Positions 24,496-32,340 of a stretch of DNA of 32,340 nucleotides are shown piece after piece (position 1 is the stretch's first letter; each line of letters starts with the position of its first letter). A program made the position numbers and the translations under genes. This DNA is from a virus. Taxonomy: Duplodnaviria > Caudoviricetes. The notes under the pieces were generated by a model. That model had not been told where the DNA came from and did no database searches. It was given only the letters and a program-made list of their open reading frames with translations. The stretch is from positions 1-32,340 of IMG/VR virus record IMGVR_UViG_3300037787_000006; one strand, written 5' to 3'.

Positions 24496-25524
24496 TTATC
24501 TGATTTGGCCCTTTATTATTCTTAGGTTGTCTACTTCAAAATTTCCATCCTTGTAAACCTTTATAAACGCGAAGCCGTGGTTCCATTTGTTTATACGCAT
24601 ATAGTCTGGGTGTAAATGACAAAGGCACCCGGTGCTCCACGCTGTAACGACTTGGCCGTTCAAATTAGGCTCACTGTGCTCGCTGCTTTGGTGGTTGTGG
24701 CCTGCTAAAATGTTTGTTTTAGACCTCATGTAATATCCCCGCGCTGGGTTAACAGGGCTAAAGACACTACGCCCGAATTCATGGCCATGCATTACGTTTA
24801 ATTCGCCTATTTGAATGATACGGTCATCGGTAATGAGGTTAATACCAAGCTCGCCAAATCTCAGCAACACATCTAAACGAAATTCGCTTACATCTAAAAG
24901 CTCAGGTGCTTTAATGCGTAAAAATGCCTCATAACGTAACTCGTGGTTACCAAGCTTATAATAAATAACAGCATCAGGTAAGCGGTGTTTTAAGTAACTT
25001 AAAAATTGCCTAGTATCTTCAAGCTCCTGACTAAACCTTCTTTTTCGCGGGTCTTTTTCCCAGCGTGAAAGGCTATAACAGTCCATTATATCACCATTTA
25101 AAAGCACCGCGTTAGCTTTATTTTCTACGCCATAATCAATAGCTTTTTCAAGGCTTTCGGTGTCATGGTAGGGAATGTGAACATCACTAAGCACTAAAAT
25201 TCGCGTAGCGTTTTTAGGCATTTCATAAGGTAGCCACTCTTCATTATCGCTTTCGGGTATCGTGTAATAAGGCGAAGGAATGCCCATTTTTTTAGAGTTC
25301 TCAGCTGGATCTTTAATTAGTTCTCTATATGTTTTTTTGTTGCGTCTTTCTTTCCCTTTTACACCTCTGTAATAACGTATTATTATCCTAACCTGCTCAG
25401 CATCTTTAAAAAGTAAAGAGTTTTCAGCGTAGATTTTTTTCGCTAATGTCTGATTAGGCAAGTCAGGCCATTCTTTGAGATATTTTACGACTGTAGTTCC
25501 TTTTTGCGTTTTTTTTCTACTCAT
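24496..25524 (-). CDS. calcineurin-like metallophosphoesterase
   Basis: 342 aa; SDVH, NGD, GNHE, HGH, GHNH motifs. Confidence 0.9.
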   Translation of the reverse strand: MSRKKTQKGTTVVKYLKEWPDLPNQTLAKKIYAENSLLFKDAEQVRIIIRYYRGVKGKERRNKKTYRELIKDPAENSKKMGIPSPYYTIPESDNEEWLPYEMPKNATRILVLSDVHIPYHDTESLEKAIDYGVENKANAVLLNGDIMDCYSLSRWEKDPRKRRFSQELEDTRQFLSYLKHRLPDAVIYYKLGNHELRYEAFLRIKAPELLDVSEFRLDVLLRFGELGINLITDDRIIQIGELNVMHGHEFGRSVFSPVNPARGYYMRSKTNILAGHNHQSSEHSEPNLNGQVVTAWSTGCLCHLHPDYMRINKWNHGFAFIKVYKDGNFEVDNLRIIKGQIR

Positions 25525-25939
25525 TATTTCGGTTTTTCTTTTTTATGAAAGGAAGATCAATATTGCTAGTAACCGCACCTGCCACCTTTTCCACGCTTCG
25601 GCCTATTACATATCCGCCTAAGCCTAGTTCTAGTAAATTCCAAAAAGGGCTATCGCTGGTTAAATATGGTATTTTGTGGAATGCACCGATAACTATAATA
25701 ACGGTAAAGGTCAGCATAACCAATGGCCGCCATGACCTTTGTAACCAATTCCCTTGCAGCTCAACCTTTAGCACGTCAGCCTGTGCCTTTGTAGTTTCAT
25801 TTAAAGCCGTTAAAACTATCTGTGATAGTTGCGCCTTTGCTGCGCTTTTTTCCTCGTCAGAGGTGCTTAAACTGTCAATCACACCGCCAACATCTTGAAC
25901 GGCCTTAGTGCTGAAAAAAGAAACTAATTTGTCAAACAT
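25517..25939 (-). CDS. holin (3TM/GTA-type)
   Basis: TSDEEK, WLQRSWRP, GYVIGRSVEK; ATG 25939 overlaps the endolysin stop (TAATG). Confidence 0.75.
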   Translation of the reverse strand: MFDKLVSFFSTKAVQDVGGVIDSLSTSDEEKSAAKAQLSQIVLTALNETTKAQADVLKVELQGNWLQRSWRPLVMLTFTVIIVIGAFHKIPYLTSDSPFWNLLELGLGGYVIGRSVEKVAGAVTSNIDLPFIKKKNRNNE

Positions 25940-26310
25940 TACCAACGTGCTTTTGTGTTCCTGCAATCATAATGCACAAAGTTATCGTAAAGCCCTAGCC
26001 CGCCTTGTTTCATGTCTTGGCTATCAATCAGGCTTTCAATCGCTTCATGTACTTCTTTTGGCGTCATCCCATCCACGCGGATGTCTGCCGCGCGTGCGTA
26101 TAGGTGTTGGCTTCTTGGTGAGCCGCCAACATTTGCGTTATGCTCAGGGCTCCGGTACGCACTGTTTATGTAAATAGGCCGTTGCAGGTAGTCGCGCAAA
26201 ACCTGCAAGTTATTTGCAAGCTCTTGTACGTTTGGCAAGTATTGGTATGGTACGGTTGTACCATCTTTACACGCAAACTCACTCAGGCTAAAATTCTTGG
26301 TTAGCTTCAT
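25939..26310 (-). CDS. endolysin, peptidase M15A
   Basis: 123 aa; NFSLSEF, SAYRS, SQH, AAD, FVHYD. Confidence 0.9.
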   Translation of the reverse strand: MKLTKNFSLSEFACKDGTTVPYQYLPNVQELANNLQVLRDYLQRPIYINSAYRSPEHNANVGGSPRSQHLYARAADIRVDGMTPKEVHEAIESLIDSQDMKQGGLGLYDNFVHYDCRNTKARW

Positions 26311-26585
26311 TTAAGTCGCTTTCTAAGTTCGTCTATTTCCACTTGCATAACATTACACTTCTTGTCAAATTCTGACTTGATGCGCTGAATGTCTTCCTGC
26401 AACTCATTGATATTTTCCCTGAGAATTGCATTGACTTCTTGCAGGCTTGTAATGGTATTGCGCAATGTTTGCACCTCTATACTAGCAACCTGAGCGTTCT
26501 CTTTTTTACGGCCTAAAAACCAGCCAATAAAACCGCCTGTTGGAATGCCTAAAATTTCTACTATGTGGTCTGTTAGCCAAGTCAT
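26307..26585 (-). CDS. membrane-anchored coiled-coil lysis-cluster protein (holin/spanin-like)
   Basis: Start at ATG 26585 (ATGA overlap); N-terminal TM then coiled coil; next to the endolysin. Confidence 0.55.
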   Translation of the reverse strand: MTWLTDHIVEILGIPTGGFIGWFLGRKKENAQVASIEVQTLRNTITSLQEVNAILRENINELQEDIQRIKSEFDKKCNVMQVEIDELRKRLK

Positions 26586-26890
26586 ATTTCTGTGGGTGTT
26601 GGCCACCATTCATCGGTGGATTTTTCTATTGTGTGCGGAAATGCTTCGCTCCATGCTTGTTGCTGCTCTAGTGGTATGTTTTGCCTCATCTTTTCTGGCA
26701 CTACTGGAAATACCCATTTGCCGTCCATTCGTTGTTGTGGTATTGCCCATCTTTCAGTATTCTGTTTTGTAGGCTCTGGCAAGTCTGTTTTAGCATTTAT
26801 GCCTACTATCGGTGTTTGCCCTATTTGACAAATCATAGCCTCTGCCGCTATCGCTGTTTGCTCATCTTCAAAAACATAGTAATCTATCAT
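26582..26890 (-). CDS. hypothetical protein, possible fibre assembly factor
   Basis: 102 aa, Trp/Pro-rich, follows tail fibre genes. Confidence 0.55.
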   Translation of the reverse strand: MIDYYVFEDEQTAIAAEAMICQIGQTPIVGINAKTDLPEPTKQNTERWAIPQQRMDGKWVFPVVPEKMRQNIPLEQQQAWSEAFPHTIEKSTDEWWPTPTEI

Positions 26891-27615
26891 GGCGCGGTAG
26901 TTTTGTAAGGGTGTAATGCTGGTAGTTTTGAAGTTTGTCCATATTTATGAGCTAAGTAACCTTCAATTTTTTCACGGTCAGATTGAGAAGTTGTGCTATC
27001 ACAAATAATTAATTCCTTCAATCCTGCGTATAATCCACTACCTTGAAAATCTGTTCTATTACCTATCGTTAAAATAGTTGCATCTGTACCTACGTTGTTA
27101 CTGAGATAACCCAATTCTGTACCATTTTTATACAGTTTATCCCTAGTGTGTATGCCAATATCCAAAACATCTACATTTGCATCCCCCTGAGTGATGAAAG
27201 GCCCGTTGTATAATGTCAGCATCCTAAGTGAGCCACTACCAGTACCACCAGCTGCCATTCCAGTTTGATTACCCCCTAATACATATCTGACGAAAGTTGT
27301 AGATGTAACATCATCAAAGATATAAGCTACTAAAAAACCTGCGGCATAGCTCAGGGGTATGTTAACATCAAAATTTTCAAAACCAGTAAAATCAACTTGT
27401 TGATTAATAGCGTCATAATTTGGTTGTTCCGCACCTACACTTTGCGTAGCGTGGTTTGCGTTGCCGCTCTTGTCATCCCATTGGCTCACCTGAGTAGCAA
27501 CTTCTGTAATTGTAGAAGCATCTGTTGCATCATACCACGCTGCAAGGGTGGTAAGGTCTGATGGTGTCCAAGCCGCTGGTGCCCCCCCCGCATATCTGTA
27601 ACTGTTTATAATCAT
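26887..27615 (-). CDS. tail-associated lectin/LamG-like protein (possible receptor binding)
   Basis: 242 aa; WTPSDL, AWYDA, VSQWDDKSGNANHATQ, KIEGYLAHKYG. Confidence 0.6.
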   Translation of the reverse strand: MIINSYRYAGGAPAAWTPSDLTTLAAWYDATDASTITEVATQVSQWDDKSGNANHATQSVGAEQPNYDAINQQVDFTGFENFDVNIPLSYAAGFLVAYIFDDVTSTTFVRYVLGGNQTGMAAGGTGSGSLRMLTLYNGPFITQGDANVDVLDIGIHTRDKLYKNGTELGYLSNNVGTDATILTIGNRTDFQGSGLYAGLKELIICDSTTSQSDREKIEGYLAHKYGQTSKLPALHPYKTTAP

Positions 27616-28805
27616 GCTCTAGTACCTATTAACCACACTTTTAAGCCTGTTTCATCAGCCCCACCACTAACCGCGTCAATGTCTATTGTAATCTCCGCGT
27701 CATCAGCCAACGCGCTATCACTTATAACGGCTGGTGTGGCCGCTGTGGTGCTGGTCTTTTCGCCCGCGTCAATGGTTAGCTTCGTGCTTAGTACCGTTGT
27801 GCCGCTTTCGTTTATATCAATCGTAGTTGTGCCGCTTGTACTTCCCGCACCTGTTAGGCTTGCCCGCACCGCTGTTAAGGTCATAGCATAAGGCATTCTA
27901 AATGTGGCTTTTGCCGTGCCTGTTGTGAGTGCCGTTGTTTCATCGCTACAAGCAATGCCTATCTCGCATGGTAAGGCTAAAATCTTGTTGCCATTTAGGT
28001 CTAAATTACCGCCTAGTTGTGGTGTGGTGTCATCTACTAAATCTTGAAGCGCGCTATCAGCTTTTGTGCCTTGCGCTGCGGTGGCATAGTTTGCTGGGTC
28101 AAAGGCTTTAACGTCTGGCAAGTTTGTAACCTCGTCATCCATCAACGCGCCCGCGCTGCGCACGTTGTCGGTGTCGGTAACATCTGCGTTAGCTTCTATG
28201 CCGTCAAGCTTAGTTTCATCAGCTGTGGTAAAACTTGCCGTTGTTGCTGCTAACACCGCGCTATATGCCTGCACCGTTACACCTATGTCTGAGCTTTGAA
28301 GTGCGCTGTCGGCTTTATCTAACGAAGCGTTAACACTTGCGTCTAGTTTGCTTTCATCAATGCTATTAGCTTTTAAAGCCGCTGTAATGCTTGGCGTTGC
28401 GTCATCGTAGGTGAAGTCTATCTCGCTGCTATCGGTCAAGATATTACCTACGGCATCTTGCGCTTGTTCATCCGTGTACCCTCCACCTGCTGTTATAGCG
28501 TCATCAACATATTTTTTAGTGGCCGCTTGTAGATCAGTGGTTGGGGCCGGTACAATAGGGCTACTTGTAAAAGTCTTTATGCCGCCTATGGTTTCGTTAC
28601 CTGTATTTTGAACCGCTGTATCTGCCTTTGCGCCTTGAGCCGCTGTGGCGTAGTCTGTTGCATCGGTAGTGGCCGCTGTGCCTAAGGTAGCATCAAAAGC
28701 ATAAAGCTCGTCAAAGTTATCATTCGCTTTGTCAAATGCCGTTCTTATTGGGTCGCCAGTACCATCGTTAGGGGCTGCGCCTATATTTATTGTTTGCTTT
28801 GCCAT
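27612..28805 (-). CDS. tail fibre / baseplate protein
   Basis: 397 aa; N-terminal INIGAAPNDGTGDPIRTAFDKANDNFDELY (T4 gp9/gp10-like), AATKKYVD, KLDGIE, PQLGGNLDLNG. Confidence 0.75.
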   Translation of the reverse strand: MAKQTINIGAAPNDGTGDPIRTAFDKANDNFDELYAFDATLGTAATTDATDYATAAQGAKADTAVQNTGNETIGGIKTFTSSPIVPAPTTDLQAATKKYVDDAITAGGGYTDEQAQDAVGNILTDSSEIDFTYDDATPSITAALKANSIDESKLDASVNASLDKADSALQSSDIGVTVQAYSAVLAATTASFTTADETKLDGIEANADVTDTDNVRSAGALMDDEVTNLPDVKAFDPANYATAAQGTKADSALQDLVDDTTPQLGGNLDLNGNKILALPCEIGIACSDETTALTTGTAKATFRMPYAMTLTAVRASLTGAGSTSGTTTIDINESGTTVLSTKLTIDAGEKTSTTAATPAVISDSALADDAEITIDIDAVSGGADETGLKVWLIGTRA

Positions 28806-28806
28806 T

Positions 28807-28974
28807 TTAGATGCCTGTTCTTGTTATTGTTCTAACGCCATCCACCTCGGTAACGGTTACCTGCGTGCGTATTCCTGTTGTTTGGCCCCACCCTTGCTCC
28901 TTAGTGTCGGGCATTATCTTTTCGTCTTTGCGGCTCGCTCTTAGGGGTGTTGTTGTTTTGCTGCTCTTTTTCAT
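28807..28974 (-). CDS. small hypothetical protein (55 aa)
   Basis: Manual: MKKSSKTTTPLRASRKDEKIMPDTKEQGWGQTTGIRTQVTVTEVDGVRTITRTGI; stops 1 nt before the fibre ATG. Confidence 0.5.
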   Translation of the reverse strand: MKKSSKTTTPLRASRKDEKIMPDTKEQGWGQTTGIRTQVTVTEVDGVRTITRTGI

Positions 28975-29029
28975 TGAGATATTTTTTTAGTTTGATTATG
29001 TCTTTTTCTTTTGGTTCGTACCTTCTCAT
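28901..29029 (-). CDS. small basic hypothetical protein (42 aa)
   Basis: Manual: MRRYEPKEKDIIKLKKYLNEKEQQ...; ATGA-coupled to the upstream gene. Confidence 0.5.
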   Translation of the reverse strand: MRRYEPKEKDIIKLKKYLNEKEQQNNNTPKSEPQRRKDNARH

Positions 29030-29526
29030 AAAACCCAACCAGTTTTGTTAGTTCCGCGCTCTGGGTAGATGTCGCCATTGCTATTGGTGTAAAATTCCGG
29101 GAACAGGTTAGCGTGATAGGTAATGTAATCATTGAACCTATCCGCGTAAAATTCTGCCGTTCTTTTTTGCTTTGCGATTAGAAAATCAACCTCTTCTTTT
29201 GTGGCGTTTTGTGAGTTCTCTGGCGTATGTCTAAAAATACCGCCATTGCTCACTTCATAAGCTGCATAGTGCAGAAATTCCACCACCGCGTAATGTATTA
29301 ACATCGGCTGAACGTACGTTTTAAGCAATGTTTCGTAATTGCCGGTAAGCGTGCCCGCGATAATATCTGCTTGTAATTTTTCGTACAGGTCGGTGCCTAG
29401 TTGAACCTGAATGTATATGTCTTGAGCAAGCTCTATGTATTGCATCAATTTGTCAGGGTCAATACTTCCATTTAATGGGCTTTTTTTGATTAATAGCTCC
29501 CTATCTATAAATAACGCTTTGCTCAT
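29026..29526 (-). CDS. head-tail adaptor
   Basis: 166 aa directly after the portal; AQDIYI...LGTDLY, SNGGIF, FPEF. Confidence 0.65.
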   Translation of the reverse strand: MSKALFIDRELLIKKSPLNGSIDPDKLMQYIELAQDIYIQVQLGTDLYEKLQADIIAGTLTGNYETLLKTYVQPMLIHYAVVEFLHYAAYEVSNGGIFRHTPENSQNATKEEVDFLIAKQKRTAEFYADRFNDYITYHANLFPEFYTNSNGDIYPERGTNKTGWVL

Positions 29527-31286
29527 TTTTTATACCCTCTCGTTTTAGTGTCACGTGGTGCTATCAATGCTTTTTTAGCTTCTGCCTGTTCTACCTTAGC
29601 ACCATCTTTTATAGCCTCGTAGATTTGCGCCTTTGTCGTTCCTGCAAGCCAGTTGCCCCCCCACGGTGTACCGTCTTTTTTTGCACGTTTTTTGTAGATG
29701 AGCCTCACCCATCCATGCTGACAATTTGCACCACCTTTATACAAAAACACATCGTAAGGCTGACCTTTACTTTCTGCACCACCTTTGCTACTCAGGGCTT
29801 TGATGTCTTCCTTATTCATTATGCCTTTTTTGAGCAGTCTATTACACAAAGGTCTAGTTTCACCCACTACATTTTCTTTAGTGGTGCTTTGGTATTTGTA
29901 GCGTATTTTGAAAAAGTCGGTGTCTTGATAGCTGTCGTCTTGAAAGCCTAACAGCACGCGCTTAAACTTGTGTAGCACCGTTTCGTTAGCTTTCATTTGC
30001 TCCTTTGCCCAAGCGTTCAGCATCCCCTCTAAGTCATCTTCAGTGCTTTCGTCATCTGCCCACGCTTCATCTATTAAATCGTAGTCGCTCAAATCCTCTT
30101 CTATGGGCTTATCGTCTAAACGGCTCAAAATATCCTCAAGAATTTCACCTTTTAAAAAAGGCCTGTCGTCAATGGCTGCAAGCTGCGTAGCCTCTGCGCT
30201 TGCTTCGCTTTTCCAAGGGTTTAAGCTTTCAAAATAAAGCTCCAGACTAGCACCATTAACGCTCAACACCCTGTGCAATGCGTTTAGTATTAATATGCGA
30301 AACGGATTAACAACGGTGGCCTCAAATAGCATACTAGCTGTTTTTAGCTCATCCGCGTTGTTGCCTAGTCCTGTGTTATCTTTTATACCCAAAAGCATAG
30401 GCGAAGTGATGCGGTGCGCTACCATAATTTTTCGCATAGCTTCATCCGCAACAAATTGATATTGCTTGTCAGCATCGCTAACAGGTAGGTCATCAACCTG
30501 TGGTGCCTCTTCGCGGTTGTTGTGAAAGCCTACAATCATTTTACGGCCACTAGCACCGCTAAACTTCTGTAAAAGGCTGCGCTCTATTTCGCGGTTGGTT
30601 TGGTCATCTCCTGCACCTGTGAAAAAGCTTATTAATGTAGTTGCGCTAAACCCCCATTTGATGTTATTGATATGATATTGCGCCACTTCGCGCTCTATCT
30701 CACAATAAGGAAGGCCACCCTGATAATCAACAGGCGAATAGTAAAAATAGCCGCTTCGGTATGGCTTCATGTATAAAATTTCGGGCTTTGACTTGTTGCC
30801 AAAACCAAAAGCATCTATACGCTCAGGTTTATCTGTAGGCTTGCACTCTACCCAGTTGCTGTGGTAATAGTAAGCTGCTATTTCACCATCTTCATTTGCC
30901 TTTTCAGCGCGTAATGTTTCAACCGGGAAGTGATACAACTGCTTGACCTTGCCGTTTTGGTAGATAACCTGAAAGGCAGCATTGCCCATCAATTTTAAGT
31001 CGGTTACAATACGCCTAAGGTCTTCATCGTCAAGCATGGACATAAGCATTGCCCACTCGTCAGGCTTGCGCGTTTTATCTTTTGCATTTATACCCCCACC
31101 GTTAATGATTTCAACCATGCCGTTAATTATAGCATTGTTGGTAGGGCTATCGTTGTACAGGTCTATAAGGTGCTGAAAATAGTCGTTATCATCCCCATAA
31201 GCCACCCATTCTTTGCGCTTATCTTCTACCACCTTTGGCGAGGTGTAACTACTAAGCTCTATTACCTTTAAATTCTCGTTAGTCAT
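29523..31286 (-). CDS. portal protein with C-terminal extension
   Basis: 587 aa; WVAYGDDNDY, SPTNNAII, YYSPVDY, HRITSPMLLGI, GLGNNADE. Confidence 0.85.
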   Translation of the reverse strand: MTNENLKVIELSSYTSPKVVEDKRKEWVAYGDDNDYFQHLIDLYNDSPTNNAIINGMVEIINGGGINAKDKTRKPDEWAMLMSMLDDEDLRRIVTDLKLMGNAAFQVIYQNGKVKQLYHFPVETLRAEKANEDGEIAAYYYHSNWVECKPTDKPERIDAFGFGNKSKPEILYMKPYRSGYFYYSPVDYQGGLPYCEIEREVAQYHINNIKWGFSATTLISFFTGAGDDQTNREIERSLLQKFSGASGRKMIVGFHNNREEAPQVDDLPVSDADKQYQFVADEAMRKIMVAHRITSPMLLGIKDNTGLGNNADELKTASMLFEATVVNPFRILILNALHRVLSVNGASLELYFESLNPWKSEASAEATQLAAIDDRPFLKGEILEDILSRLDDKPIEEDLSDYDLIDEAWADDESTEDDLEGMLNAWAKEQMKANETVLHKFKRVLLGFQDDSYQDTDFFKIRYKYQSTTKENVVGETRPLCNRLLKKGIMNKEDIKALSSKGGAESKGQPYDVFLYKGGANCQHGWVRLIYKKRAKKDGTPWGGNWLAGTTKAQIYEAIKDGAKVEQAEAKKALIAPRDTKTRGYKK

Positions 31287-31686
31287 TTATAATGGTGTAT
31301 GATACATTATTACCAACCGTTGTATAAGTGTTGGCGTTAATGGTGTATTTTTCTAAATCGCTTTGATTAGTGCAGAATAGTTTACCTCGGTAAGCTACCG
31401 CATCACCTTGTTTTATCTCAAGGTAATAATAGCGGCCTTCTACTGGTGTAAAGTTTAAATCTGCGGTGTAATAGTTGCCGCTTAACGTGGCGTTTATGCT
31501 GTTTGTGATAGCCTCTTTGGTGCTTTCATCTGTTAGGGTGTATGTATAACCCCCTGAGCCTGCATCCGCTGTTATAAGCGTGCTATCAGCTGTAATGGTA
31601 GTCATGTCGGCTGTGTAATCACCGCTACCAGGCGCAAGACGTGGCGCAAAATAAATGGTTTGGTCTGTGGTCGTGATTACGTTCAT
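31279..31686 (-). CDS. putative structural protein
   Basis: 135 aa, Thr/Tyr-rich; first gene after a putative late promoter. Confidence 0.6.
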   Translation of the reverse strand: MNVITTTDQTIYFAPRLAPGSGDYTADMTTITADSTLITADAGSGGYTYTLTDESTKEAITNSINATLSGNYYTADLNFTPVEGRYYYLEIKQGDAVAYRGKLFCTNQSDLEKYTINANTYTTVGNNVSYTIIND

Positions 31687-31692
31687 GCCTTA

Positions 31693-31716
31693 AAAACGTA
31701 ACGCCCGCTTTTTGTT
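31693..31716 (-). promoter_or_regulatory. putative late (phage sigma) promoter
   Basis: AACA-N14-CGTTTT-N6-ATG(31686). Confidence 0.6.
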
Positions 31717-31728
31717 TTATTTGGGCAT

Positions 31729-31764
31729 AAAAAAAACCATTTTACCGACCTCAGCAAAATGGTT
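31729..31764 (-). terminator. intrinsic terminator of the moron-like gene
   Basis: AACCATTTTGCTG-AGGT-CGGTAAAATGG-TTTTTTTT. Confidence 0.7.
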
Positions 31765-31800
31765 AATTATTGTGATTTTTCGTAAAGTATTAAAAGGTAT

Positions 31801-32091
31801 TTACCACCAATTCACATCGTTAACATTCTCAACACTATTTAACTCTCTTCCTTTATAAAAATAGTATGTTTTAGGTTTAATTTCTATTCTAACAACATTA
31901 GGGCCTACGCTTGTTGCTAGCTCTATACTAATCGGTTTATTTTTATTATTAAGATTAATATTTATGCTTGATATAAGCACATCTCCATACGTACTACAAA
32001 AACAAATTAAATCATCAATAGTTTTAGAAGTAAAATCATCAAACCAAAAAAAAGTAATTTCTTTTTGTATTGTTTTATTAAAAGTTCCCAT
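31801..32091 (-). CDS. AT-rich moron-like hypothetical protein
   Basis: 96 aa; own promoter and terminator inside the structural region. Confidence 0.65.
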   Translation of the reverse strand: MGTFNKTIQKEITFFWFDDFTSKTIDDLICFCSTYGDVLISSININLNNKNKPISIELATSVGPNVVRIEIKPKTYYFYKGRELNSVENVNDVNWW

Positions 32092-32119
32092 AAATAAAAA
32101 TACTTGTTAATCGTTTACA

Positions 32120-32127
32120 CAAATATA
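32120..32127 (-). promoter_or_regulatory. Bacteroidota -7 promoter
   Basis: TTTTTTATATTTG. Confidence 0.65.
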
Positions 32128-32143
32128 AAAAACATTCGCAAAT

Positions 32144-32170
32144 AAAAAACCCCACCAGATGGCAGGGCTT
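32144..32170 (-). terminator. intrinsic terminator after the tail tube gene
   Basis: GCCCTGCC-ATCT-GGTGGGG-TTTTTT. Confidence 0.7.
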
Positions 32171-32191
32171 CACAACTCCAAAAGCTAAAGG

Positions 32192-32340
32192 TTAAGATGC
32201 TGTTACTATTGTTGCTGTTGCGCTTGTTAAGCCATCAAATGGATCACCAGCAGCAGGGCTTGCAATAAAGTTCGCAAACGTTGGCTCAGTGCCTACAATG
32301 GTCAAGGTATAACCTGTCATGTCGGTCATTGCTCCACCTG
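32192..32340 (-). CDS. 3' end of the putative major tail protein (wraps from 521)
   Basis: ...PFDGLTSATATIVTAS, TAA at 32192-32194. Confidence 0.7.
   Translation of the reverse strand, partial: GGAMTDMTGYTLTIVGTEPTFANFIASPAAGDPFDGLTSATATIVTAS
32214..32340. repeat. terminal direct repeat, copy 2
   Basis: Identical to 1-127. Confidence 0.95.

Noticed and set aside
615-31176. All plus-strand ORFs in the track (e.g. 1618-2160, 3888-4460, 13002-13499)
   Set aside because: They are antisense shadows of well-supported minus-strand genes, with Ser/Phe/Leu-rich composition and no motifs.
31565-31620. TAD tripeptide repeats in the 135-aa protein
   Set aside because: Short low-complexity protein repeat (YTADMTTITADSTLITAD) with no evidence of a DNA-level function.
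1-32340. CRISPR array, tRNA, rRNA, IS element, intron/intein or DGR
   Set aside because: I saw no regularly spaced repeats, cloverleaf, transposase, homing endonuclease or reverse transcriptase; intergenic gaps are short. Not scanned computationally.

Overview
The window appears to be a complete, circularly permuted tailed-phage genome of about 32,213 bp; the first 127 nt recur exactly at 32214-32340. The host is most likely a Bacteroidota/Flavobacteria bacterium (TAnnTTTG -7 promoters, DUF3127-type SSB, AT-rich leaders without Shine-Dalgarno sequences). All credible genes are on the minus strand. They comprise early recombination/replication genes (Sak-like annealase, YqaJ-like exonuclease, SSB, VRR-NUC, SNF2 helicase, two DNA methyltransferases, initiator, DnaB-like ATPase), packaging genes with an ECF-like sigma factor, siphovirus-type head/tail genes and a lysis cluster. 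I saw no integrase or repressor. The best leads are non-coding. (1) A candidate ~80-nt small RNA at 24397-24480 is antisense to a conserved AAACGCT-AACA-ATG leader found at 7-8 early gene starts. (2) The terminase large subunit Walker A is broken by a 5-nt ACC-TGA-CC insert beside a strong hairpin, a candidate ribosomal stop-hop. (3) Four exactly spaced (A/C)ACA-N14-CGTTTT-N6-ATG motifs look like late promoters. (4) A kissing-loop/terminator leader precedes the replication initiator. (5) A -1 slippery site lies in the putative tail chaperone gene. Product calls come from motif recognition and gene context only; no searches were run.
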